Shown: piece after piece, positions 1 through 10,951 of the stretch
Position numbering within the stretch: the stretch's first letter is position 1
How the letters are laid out: the number at the start of each line of letters is the position of its first letter
Assembly: GCA_051453625.1 (NCBI GenBank)
Contig: JBOZIK010000001.1
Location: forward strand, 7,352,069-7,411,163
Source: Welwitschia mirabilis
Taxonomy: Eukaryota
Length of the DNA stretch: 59,095 nucleotides
Reading direction: 5' to 3'
The notes under the pieces: model-generated
The model's input: only the letters and a program-made list of their open reading frames with translations
Told to the model about the DNA's origin: nothing
The model's database searches: none
Translations under genes and position numbers: made by a program

Positions 1-2171
1 AATGTGATAGAAAAAATAACCATGTAGGTTCTATCAGTTATGTGCTTTTTATTGTTTTCAGACATAAGAACAAGTTGTTCAATGTCGGCGATGTGTTGTA
101 GGGGGTCTTCATCAAGTTCTTCTCAAAAGGTAGGTAATCATTTAAGTTTTTAAGTTCCACATCGTTGCCAGGAGGTAAGTCAAAAGAGTTTGGAATTTTA
201 AGTCATTTATTTGCTATGAGATCTCTTAAAGTAGCACGAGTATTTGGTCGAGAAGGAGTAGAAGATAGGGTTCTAATAACTAGGGGTGGATTTGGAGAGA
301 TAGGTTATTTTTTTTTTTGGTTAGAGGTCGATGGTATCAGATTTTTCAAAATTAAAATCAGACTCTTCTACAGAATTAAAATCAGAAATTTCAGGAAATT
401 CTAAATCTTGCATACCTGGGCTGTTTTGATTTTCAAATTCAAAATTTAGCAAACCTTCTCAGATATTTTCTGCAATGAACTATTTCTCTCTTTGATATTT
501 TTCGCTTTTTCCAATCTTAACCATTCAGTCTCAAGCTGAAGGATTGTCTTGTACATCATTTGGACGATATCCTAGATGACAGNNNNNNNNNNNNNNNNNN
601 NNNNNNNNNNNNNNNNNNNNNNNNNNNNNNNNNNNNNNNNNNNNNNNNNNNNNNNNNNNNNNNNNNNNNNNNNNNNNNNNNNTTGAAGAGATAGGTTATT
701 TTTGTTTTTGATTAGAGATCGATGGTATCAGATTTTTCAAATTTAAAATCAGACTCTTCTACAGAATTAAAATCAGAAATTTTAGGAAATTCTAAATCTT
801 GCATATCTGGGTTGTTTTGATTTTCAAATTCAAAATTTAGCAAACCTTATTAGATATTTTTTGCAATAAACTATTTCTCTCTTTGATATTTTTCGCCTTT
901 TTCAATCTTAACCATTCAGTCTCAAGCTGAAGCGTTATCTTGTACGTCGTCCGGATGATATCCTAGATGACAGAGACAGAAGACACAGAAAACCACAGAA
1001 AGAGGGAAAGCAGAAAAGGGAATAGTCATCTAAATGGGATGTTTGGATGACGAAGGGGACGTCAGAGATTAGTAAAAATAAAAACGAAAACAAAATACTT
1101 ATAGAGTACTAGTATACCGCTACTGCAGAAAACATCTACAATATTCATTAAAGCAACAACAACTCTAAATCTCCAAGCAGTCTTCCCTGGCAATGGCAGC
1201 AATTTGTTGCAGTGTGTATTTATGTAATGTTTTATGCCTTGGTCTAAATCCTGCTAATTACAAATAAGATGCATAAATACAATACGCTAGTATAATCGGG
1301 AGTGATCCGAATNNNNNNNNNNNNNNNNNNNNNNNNNNNNNNNNNNNNNNNNNNNNNNNNNNNNNNNNNNNNNNNNNNNNNNNNNNNNNNNNNNNNNNNN
1401 NNNNNNNNNNNNNNNNNNNNNNNNNNNNNNNNNNNNNNNNNNNNNNNNNNNNNNNNNNNNNNNNNNNNNNNNNNNNNNNNNNNNNNNNNNNNNNNNNNNN
1501 NNNNNNNNNNNNNNNNNNNNNNNNNNNNNNNNNNNNNNNNNNNNNNNNNNNNNNNNNNNNNNNNNNNNNNNNNNNNNNNNNNNNNNNNNNNNNNNNNNNN
1601 NNNNNNNNNNNNNNNNNNNNNNNNNNNNNNNNNNNNNNNNNNNNNNNNNNNNNNNNNNNNNNNNNNNNNNNNNNNNNNNNNNNNNNNNNNNNNNNNNNNN
1701 NNNNNNNNNNNNNNNNNNNNNNNNNNNNNNNNNNNNNNTACTGTAGAAGATGATTAGGGATCAAGGGAAAGACCTTTATTTATAGATAGAAAAGGAAGGA
1801 AAACTAACAGAGAAGTAAAGGAGAGACCCTAGCTAACATGCAAAATAAAGTTGTAAAGAAGTGGTGACAATTCAAGAATACATTCAGTAAAAGTGTGAGA
1901 AAATAATGTCATTCTTCTTATCATCTAGACGATGGAGGAGACGATGAAGACTGATAATTGGAACTCTTGGTCTACTCTAGTTTAACTGTCTATCAACTAC
2001 ATGTGAACTTGTTATTGCCTTGTCTGAGATGTCGTCTGCTAGTGACGTCTAGACGATTAGGTGGACGACAGGATTTCGTTAACCTTTAGTCAATCTATTT
2101 GCTTAGTTGTTTGTAGGAATAATTATCCAGAAATACAATTTATCTATATCTGTACGAAATGCTCATAATTT
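1..2171 (-). mobile_element. Athila-type Ty3/gypsy element, 5' LTR (from 1205 rightwards) plus PBS and 5' internal region, minus strand, partial
   Basis: Minus strand reads ...ACACTGCAACA (LTR end, 1205) then AAT TGCTGCCATTGCCAGGGA, a decayed Athila tRNA-Asp PBS (TGGCGCCGTTGCCGGGGA). The LTR end is homologous to 50762-50870 and, inverted, to 17550-17664. The far LTR end falls in a gap. Confidence 0.7.
1184..1201 (-). promoter_or_regulatory. Primer-binding site, tRNA-Asp type, decayed
   Basis: tccctggcaatggcagca is the reverse complement of TGCTGCCATTGCCAGGGA, 3 nt from the LTR terminus. Confidence 0.7.
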
Positions 2172-2344
2172 NNNNNNNNNNNNNNNNNNNNNNNNNNNNN
2201 NNNNNNNNNNNNNNNNNNNNNNNNNNNNNNNNNNNNNNNNNNNNNNNNNNNNNNNNNNNNNNNNNNNNNNNNNNNNNNNNNNNNNNNNNNNNNNNNNNNN
2301 NNNNNNNNNNNNNNNNNNNNNNNNNNNNNNNNNNNNNNNNNNNN

Positions 2345-3467
2345 TTCTAATTCATTATTCCCCCAATGTTCCCCCCTTCCCCCCCAATACCCCACCCTAT
2401 TTTCCTAATTTCATGTCTCTACCACATACTTAACCACTTTTTCCTAAATTAATGTTCCCATTCCATACCCCATCTCTTTTCATTAATTTAATAACTCCAC
2501 CCATCTAGCCTTCTTTTGTAGGATTGGTTTAGCTGAACCATCCTGTCTAGTTAACACCCAATCCCTCAAAAACCATACTCAATTCTCTTAGTATTCCTCC
2601 ATCCTTCTTTTCCTCTGTCACCTCTTCCTCCATTGTCACCCTCTCTACCATCCTTCAAATAACTCTTTCTTCACTTGTCTGCATAGCCTGTGAAATTTGC
2701 ATGCCCTCTGCATAGGATGCTTGGCTCTCTATCACTCACTGTCTCACATTCTTGACACTTAATTCATGAAGTGTCTCATGAGCTCTACTTTTGTTGAATA
2801 TCTAAACCTCACAAATCCATCTTAATTCACTTCTATTTTACCACATTTTGTTGCCATGTTAAATGATTTTTCCANNNNNNNNNNNNNNNNNNNNNNNNNN
2901 NNNNNNNNNNNNNNNNNNNNNNNNNNNNNNNNNNNNNNNNNNNNNNNNNNNNNNNNNNNNNNNNNNNNNNNNNNCGTAGGTTGCTTGGCTCTCTATCACC
3001 CACTATCTCACATTCTTGATACTTAATTCATGAAATGTCTCATGAGATCTACTTTCGTTGAATATCTAAACCTCACAAATCCATATTTATTCACTTCTAC
3101 TTTACCACATTCTGTTGCCATGTTGAATGATGTTTCCACAGATGTGCTACTTCTTTAGCAAAATCTGCTACCAACAACATCTATCTATTTGGCCACAATG
3201 CCTTCTTCCTTACTGTTTGCCATCCACTCACATTGCTTGATGCTCAATGTAATGCAGCACCCCCTTAATGGATCAGTGTCCACTCTAACTATGTTAGCTA
3301 TCCACTCACAGGCTTATGAATCATCTACTCTACTCACCTACTTAAGGCTATGCTTTTTTCATTCCCACACAACCTTTCTAGATGCCTCCTATAGTCGCTC
3401 ACAGCTCTTCTGCCTTCTCTATGCTTTCATCAACATTGCTGCTTCCTAGCTGCTACTGCCATCCATG
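2345..3467 (+). pseudogene. Decayed Ty1/copia gag (UBN2-like), left part of the copia element interrupted by the Tat element
   Basis: Remnants SA*DAWL (~2706-2730, cf. TAKEAW) and STLT..LAIHSQAYES (cf. LQAYE). CYCH at the junction continues as IRWKC after 25433 (possible zinc knuckle). Confidence 0.45.
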
Positions 3468-6400
3468 TTTATTATCATTTGTTCGTCGATCTAGCATAAA
3501 AAAAAGGGAGATGATATTGAATGTAGTGGAGGGAGGCGATAATGAGGAGCACCTAGAAAACAATGCACATAGCAGATCGCAAGATGAAAAACAACACTGA
3601 TTGGGGAAGCTAAGAAAACAGGGGGCACATCAGATCAGATCTGAAATGGAAAAAGTATCGACAACACAAATGTAGTGGACAAAGATTAAGGCAAAAAAAA
3701 TGCCATAGATAGGAGATAAGTGGAATTGCAGTAGATCAAAGGCTTTGTAAAGTAAAGAAAAAAGTAATGATGGATCAATAGGTTAAAACAAAATGATACA
3801 TTAAGATAGGTAGGAGAAGAGCAGACACAAGAAGCATTGTAAAGAAGAGAAAACTGAAAAACAAATCAAAAGAGATCTCAGCAACTAAAAATAGAGGGAA
3901 AATCAGCGAAATAGGGGACATGTAAATAGGGCAGTACCATATTAGAGGGAGGACATGAAATACTGCCAACATCAAAAGCACTAGCAATGAGGTGGAATTC
4001 AACTAATTTAAGTAATCAGAGGTAGTCAAAGTAAGGACACTAGTGGAGTAGTAGATAAAAGATCTTGGTAAGCAACAGAAGAAACTTTTGGGGAAAGGGG
4101 AATAGCTAGCGTGATAATGCAAGAGGTGTAAGTAGAAATGGGGGCTCTTCTAGTAATCAAAAAAAGAGAAGATCAGAAGGATATTTCATAGAGAAGAAAG
4201 GAAGGCTTGTCTGGTTCTCCTATGCTTGGGGCCTCTACTTAGAAGGGAATTATTTATAGAAACATGGCCATATGGCATTGAAAAGGGGAAAGAAGCTTTT
4301 TTAGCAGTAGTTACATGTAGGCCTCAAACTTTCTTCATCCTCCACCATTGCAATAAGAGTGATTATTGAACTATAAAGTGTAGTTATGGTTTTCTGCACA
4401 TTTAGTTCTTCTAAGATTTGTTATCATGAGAATGATAAAGAGAGAGAGAGAGAGAGAACTACAATCCAGACTTTCTATTCTCTCCTCTCCCAGATGCTAG
4501 ACCAAAAAAGAAAGGGCTCTACGAACATAGAAATCATAGTAAGGCAAAGGAAAAAAGAGGGAATCTCCTAAGAATAGGGGACTACATAGAGAAGAGTATT
4601 AAATATAGAGATGCAAGAGCCGGGAGGAGGCTCTACAAAGCAGAGGACAGAGGATGGCAAAAAACCTTTGAAAGACATAATCGCAGCAACAACAGAATGA
4701 AAGACACAAGAAAGGCCATGTCATGAGAGGTGGATAGTCACAAATCCTTAGAAATTCAAAGGAACCATTTTTAGGTTTTTCATAATTTTCATTAATAAAT
4801 TTTGTGGCTTCTATAATCTATAGTCTTACAGCATTTCCAAATGCAATATTATAGTTCTCTTGCAATGTTATGTCTTTTCATATTTTCAAACTAGCATAAT
4901 TAGACTTTGAAACATATATTCATCAAATATTCTAGTGGTATTATTTTTAGATTTTAGAGTTTTACTCTTTGAGCTAATTACTTTTTGGTTTTAAAAAATT
5001 TTATAAAAGAATTCCCTATTTTTGATTAAATATTATGTTCCATTTTTATTTATCACATATCACATATTTTTAAGCATATATCATTATTTAGTTTATTGCC
5101 TTGTAACAAAAACTAACCTAAAAATTCATACAAAGAAAAAAAAATTGAAATTTTAAAATGTAGAAGGGCATTTTATGTTGGGTATGCAGTCCCTATGCCT
5201 AATCTGACAAGTGAGTAAATGTAAAAGGTTCCAGTTTACCAGATTCCACTAATAGTCATGGCTTTTAGTGTGATGGTAAAGGGCCCAACAATTGGTATCA
5301 GAGCTAGGTTGTTGGTTGGTCTCAGATTTAAGTCTCCTCGGTGCCTTCCCGGTTCATGCGAATACTTGGCATGTGGATAGAGGGGAAGATTACCAGGTAT
5401 GTGGTCCTCTTGCCCAGCCCAACAAGTAAGTAAATGTAAAGGATTTCCATTTACTAGATTCCACTAATAGTCATGACTTTTGGTGTGATGCTAAAGGGCT
5501 TAACAATTGGTATTAGAGCCAGGTTATTGGTTGTTCTTAGATTTGAGTCTCCTTGGTGCCTTCCCAGTTTATGTGAACACTTAGCATGTGGATTGAGGAG
5601 GAGATTGTTGGATATGTGGTCCCCATACCCAACCCAACAAGTGAGTAAATGTAAAGGATTTTAGTTTACCAGATTCCACTAATAATCATGGCTTTTGGTG
5701 TGATGGTAAAGGGCCCAACATTTTAAACATGTAGTGTACACCCATTCCCACCTCAAAAATAAATAAATAAATAAATAAAATAAAAATAAAAAATTAAAAC
5801 TAAAATATGATACAATAAAATCAAAAAACCAATTCGATGTTATGAAATTTAGCTGTAATAGTTTTGGGTGTTGAACCATCAAACTCAATCAAATAGTTAA
5901 ACTTAGTTAATGACGTCACAACATCAAATACCAACTTGTTTAAATAATAAAATTGAGTTAAACTCAATCAAATTTAGTCAATAAGAACCCAATCAAATTG
6001 CTAAAGCTTAGTAAAAAAAAAAAAAAATAGTCAAATTTAGTCAATTCAAAACCACCGAACAGTCAAACTTAGTTGATAACCTTATAACATTAGTACCAGG
6101 TTTTTAAAATCAGTCAAATGAAGTTAGAAAAACACAGTCAAAGTCAGTCAAAATAGTCAAACTAAGCCAAATTGTTAAATTTAGTTTAAACTCAGTTAAA
6201 TCATCATCAAACCAATTAAATCACTCATTATCACATGACAATAAAACTAATCCACCATTTACAAGAGACAAAATCTCATAAACAATTTGGCATTAGAAGG
6301 AGGGCCCTCTTATAGGTTTTATTAATCATTTGTTCAACTTTTCTATTTACATTTCCCACCACTTTACTATAAACTCAGAATANNNNNNNNNNNNNNNNNN

Positions 6401-6994
6401 NNNNNNNNNNNNNNNNNNNNNNNNNNNNNNNNNNNNNNNNNNNNNNNNNNNNNNNNNNNNNNNNNNNNNNNNNNNNNNNNNNTAAATAAATAAATAAAAT
6501 AAAAATAAAAAATCTAAACTAAAATATGAACAACAAAATCAAAAAACCAATTCGATGTTATGAAATTTAGTTGTAATAGTTTTAGATGTTGAACCATCAA
6601 ACTCAATCAAATAGTTAAACTTAGTCAATGACGTCACAACATCAAATACCAATTTGTTTAAACAATTAAATTGAGTTAAAATCAATCAAATTTAGTCAAT
6701 AAGAACCCAATAAAATTGTTAAAGCTTAGTAAAAAAAAAGTCAAATTTAGTCAATTCGAAACCACCAAACAGTCAAACTTAGTTGATAACCTTATAACAT
6801 TAGTACCAAGTTTTTAAAATCAGTCAAATGAAGTTAGAAAAACATAGTCAAAGTTAGTCAAAATAGTCAAACTAAGCCAAATAGTTAAATTTAGTTTAAA
6901 CTCAGTTAAATCATTATCAAACCAATTAAATCACTTATTATCACATGACAATAGAACTAATCCACCATTTACAAGAGACAAAATCTCATAAACA
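3468..6994 (+). repeat. 5' LTR of Tat element (includes TRIM insertion and an assembly-duplicated 3' end)
   Basis: Collinear with 22351-25428; ends AAAATCTCATAAACA directly before the PBS. The 3' end appears twice (ending 6284 and 6994) across a 100-N gap. Confidence 0.8.
5176..5720 (+). mobile_element. Tandem-array TRIM: 3 x 115-bp LTR and 2 x 100-bp internal region
   Basis: LTRs 5176-5290, 5391-5505, 5606-5720 (TGTTG...CAACA); tRNA-Met PBS TGGTATCAGAGC at 5293 and TGGTATTAGAGC at 5508; PPTs AGAGGGGAAGA / GAGGAGGAGA; perfect TTTTA TSD (5171-5175, 5721-5725); empty site in the 3' LTR at ~24065. Confidence 0.95.
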
Positions 6995-6997
6995 ATT

Positions 6998-7014
6998 TGG
7001 CATTATAAGGAGGG
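6998..7014 (+). promoter_or_regulatory. Primer-binding site, tRNA-Asn type (duplicate copy at 6288-6304)
   Basis: TGGCATTATAAGGAGGG / TGGCATTAGAAGGAGGG match TGGCGCTAGAAGGAGGG, the complement of the plant tRNA-Asn 3' end; 3 nt after the LTR. Confidence 0.8.
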
Positions 7015-7559
7015 CCCCTCTTATAGGTTTTATTAATCATTTTTTCAACTTTTCTATTTACATTTCCCACCACTTTACTATAAACTCAGAATAGCTATAA
7101 TGCTATTGCCAAAAAGAGGTAAAAAAGACTTGTATTTCTAAGGAGATGTATAAACCCCTCATCCAATAAGACCCCTCTATGCTTGCTGTGGATGATCTTC
7201 ATACCATGATGGATTATAGAACCTATTGGAACTTATACCTTGTCCACCCTGGCGAGTGAATCTATGTTATGGCATCTAACAGATTAGGGTTGACTAGTCA
7301 AGAAAATAGTTAGACTCATCAGAATAAACTCCTCTATAAAAAGAGCAATAATAAAGAGTTCATTAGTTAATGGGGTTATGAAGATAATCTAGAATCTCCA
7401 TCAGAACCATAAGAACAAAGCTGAAAGAAATAGGCTAACAATGACTACAACCTATTCGAGTACTCCACACACAAAGAAGAACCACCCAAAAATAGGTAAG
7501 CTGAAAATAGAACTCTTAACCAACTCGATTTGATAACTACCTAGGAAGCCATTAATAAC

Positions 7560-8460
7560 CTAAAATGAGGTCTTTAGTACAAGATGATCTATTTAAAATT
7601 GGATTTTGATGATACTATATACTTTTCTCTTTCCCTCGTAAAATCCTCACACTAAACAAAATGCCAGATTTTGAAAAGTTCACTAGCATATAAAATCCTT
7701 GCATGTACATTAGAATTTTAAACATACATGTCATGAGTATAATGTTGACCACAAAACCACGTGTTATCTATTTTATCACTTTCTAAAGAGATAACCTCTT
7801 AAGTGGTATCCATGCATACCTATTCATTCTATCATAGGTTTGAAACGATTTCTTGAAATATTTGTACAACATTATTCAAGTAACATCTCAAAGAAGATGA
7901 CCTTAGACACTGCGATTACTAGGCGACAATAATCTAATAAGAATATACAAGAATATGCACATTGATGGAGAGTCATCATCTATTGTTTGAAACATCAAGA
8001 GACATGGTATATCTTTTTGCCAAGTCATGCATGTCGTATGTATCAGAGCATTTGCTATTCTATCATAGGTTTGAAATAGCTCCTTAAAATGTTTGAACAA
8101 CATTATTCAAGTAAAATCTCAAATAGGATGACCTTAAACACCCTGATTACCCTGCGACAACAATCCAATAAACCTATATAAGAATATGCACGTTGATGGA
8201 GAGTCATCATACTATTGTTTGAAATCTCAAAAGTCATGGCATATCTTTTTGCCAAGTCATGCATGTTGTATGTATTAGAGCATTTGCAAATACAATCATT
8301 TGAAACCTTTGAATAAGATGTTATACTAACAAAAAGAATAAGGATTGTGGGAGAAGGAAAAGAAGTTATAAAATATCATAATGCCTACCAAAAGGAACCA
8401 TTCAAAATAGACAATAACACAAGAGGGGTAACCTAAAAAATGTTTAGTTCATCGCAACAC
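7560..8460 (+). pseudogene. Tat/Ogre gag, N-terminal Retrotrans_gag part, decayed
   Basis: KMPDFEKF...NPCMYIR at ~7658-7715 (cf. KMPDFEKYDG..DP..HL), PLKWY..IP.HSI, F..HYSSN; many stops. Confidence 0.75.
7824..8287 (+). repeat. Diverged tandem duplication (~232 bp unit) inside gag
   Basis: ttctatcataggtttgaaa...tagagcatttgc occurs twice head-to-tail with no gap between the copies. Confidence 0.85.
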
Positions 8461-10433
8461 ATGGCGTACACCATTGGTGTGAAAGGAAATGATGTGGTAT
8501 TGGGTAAATCCTGCATAGGAGAACAGAGATATCATGAAATAGAGATACTATGAGGAATTTATGGGGAACAACACGAGATCTTTGATGGAGAAAAACCAGT
8601 TATCCTGGTCACTCAGAGCTATGTGACCCAACATACCAACTAATTATCATTTGAGCTGCATCGACTAGTATGAGGCATAGATTAAGAAGCATAGACATGC
8701 TCTCCCTATCCCACATCATTATATGCTGCACATACTAAGTGGGCCTTTCTTGTTGCAACCCACTTCTACCCTGTTCGGTCTATAGTAAACCATTTTTTTC
8801 TTGTCTAGTCTATATAGATAACATAATGATCGTCGTCAGGCACATAAATGATGTTTCTTCTGAGTTCCTTTAGAGTATGTGCAGATATTTGTTGATCGTA
8901 TGTCTCTAGGTAAGTGANNNNNNNNNNNNNNNNNNNNNNNNNNNNNNNNNNNNNNNNNNNNNNNNNNNNNNNNNNNNNNNNNNNNNNNNNNNNNNNNNNN
9001 NNNNNNNNNNNNNNNNNTTGTTGATCGTATGTCTCTAGGTAAGTGATTCCACCTCTTGTAATAACAGCCAGTCCTAGCTTTTGGCCGATGTACATACCAT
9101 ATCCACACCCATATGCATTTGATGCATTGATCATTCAAGATTCATAGTTTGAAGGGTATGCCTAGACCTGAGCTATCCATTCTGGGTTCTACTAAATAAT
9201 GATTTTTGAGTTATCAGTGCCATGTGAGAATGTGGATCCTTAAGGGCTAAGTATGAAATCTGAAGGGACTCATATAGGCCATAGCATGAGTGGTTTCTGG
9301 TTGATGGAGATAGGTCACCTAGGTTAGTGAGTGGATACCCCTACTAAAATTCCCTCCCATCCAATGTAGTGACATAAGAAAGCCCTTGTACTAATGAAGT
9401 TTTGTTGCCTCACCCTTTCCTATCACTCATCCTAGTGAACTGCGTGTTGTGGTTTTTGCGCCTTATTAGATGCCAACTTGGGGGTGACTTAATGGTCCNN
9501 NNNNNNNNNNNNNNNNNNNNNNNNNNNNNNNNNNNNNNNNNNNNNNNNNNNNNNNNNNNNNNNNNNNNNNNNNNNNNNNNNNNNNNNNNNNNNNNNNNGA
9601 GCTATCCATTCTGGGTTCTACTAAAGAATTATTTGTGAGTTATCAGTGCCATGTGAGAATGTGGATCCTTGAGAGCTCAGTACGAAATTTGGAGGAACTC
9701 GTATAGGCCATAGCATGAGTGGTTTCTGGTTGATGGAGATAGGTCACCTAGAACAGTGAGTGGATACCCCTACTAAAAAGCCCTTCCATCCGATGCAGTA
9801 ACATAAGAAAGCCCTTGTACTGATGAAGTTTTGTTACCTCACCCTTTCCTGTCACTCATCCTAGTGGACTACGTGTTGTGGTTTTTGTGCCTTATTGGAT
9901 GCTAACTTGGGGGTGACTTAATGGTTCACATTCCTTATGGATGTTGTGAATGAGTCACTGCATGAGGTGTGACCCTACATGAGTGGGCCTTCCTAATGAA
10001 CTCAGCATGACTGCTAGTACTAGACAAAGAGCAGTAGCTGAATATGTTATGGTGGCTTCCGGGTGATTCCCTGATGTACTACATAGTGCTTGTTGGGGTG
10101 ATTACCATATTTGAGCTAGCTTCCATCCATGAAGGGACTAGTATTTAGGGTTGACATTTTTGGTAGGTAGCCTAGACCCGTGTGTCGTGGTAACATGCAT
10201 GATGTTCATCGCTTTGCCTGGACTATTCTTGATAGAGTGTGAGTCTGGTCATGATGCCCAACTAGGTAAAAACTTAGCGAACATAAATAGTATCTTACTA
10301 CAGGTGGATTCAGGAGCTCTTATGTAAGCCCAGCATCACCCAAGTACCAATGCTATAAATTTAGTCCATTCTAAGATCTTTACCTAGGAACATTTAGAAT
10401 GTTTGGAACCTTATCGAGTGGGCCATTCAGTGA
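8461..10433 (-). pseudogene. Unidentified decayed coding sequence inserted antisense into Tat gag
   Basis: Visibly GC-richer than its flanks; one minus-strand frame (including ORF 8805-9134) reads protein-like through most of the insert; gag resumes on both sides. Confidence 0.45.
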
Positions 10434-10445
10434 TCATCATAATAT

Positions 10446-10951
10446 GCAACAACTATTGTTGTAACCTTCCAATTGACAGAGAAGAGAACACTATCCATAA
10501 AGATACAGTTTCCATTATTACCCATTATTGTTGTCAATTAATTAACTCAACAAATTTACTCATCCAAATCAATGAATAACCTAATGATGGTACAAATAAT
10601 ACCTCAAGCTTCTTTCACTTTGCAAGCTTTTGGTCCTCAACCAGCTTATTCTCAACCATAGTATCCTTCACTGTGACAAGCAACTACCATTACAACCTTA
10701 ACAATAGACATATACACCTTAAAACTAAGGCCAAAGTAGACCTCAAAGTTAAACAACAATCTCTCAATCGAGAAGAAGCTTTACAGAAATACATATCTTG
10801 ATGGAATGAAAAGGGGGATAATCCAAGTGCCTCTAATCAAATGAAGGGATTCAAATGCACCTAAACCAAGAGGATATGATGAGTCAAACTACTGTGAGTC
10901 TCACTGAGTTTGATGACATCATATTTCAATATAAGGCAGATTGTTTAGAAC
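10446..10951 (+). pseudogene. Tat/Ogre gag C-terminal part with Cys-His box
   Basis: PKPRGYDESNYCESH*V**HH at ~10859-10922 (cf. P.WYD.N..CEYH...GH); continues as NIIKNKKDIEFD after the insertion at 17665. Confidence 0.7.

Noticed and set aside
5176..5720. Regular repeat-spacer pattern resembling a CRISPR array
   Set aside because: Units are 115/100 bp, the spacers are homologous, and PBS, PPT and TSD identify a TRIM.
6288..6304. tRNA-complementary sequences (also 1184, 5293, 6998, 52867) as tRNA genes
   Set aside because: Only 12-18 nt matches adjacent to LTR ends, i.e. primer-binding sites.
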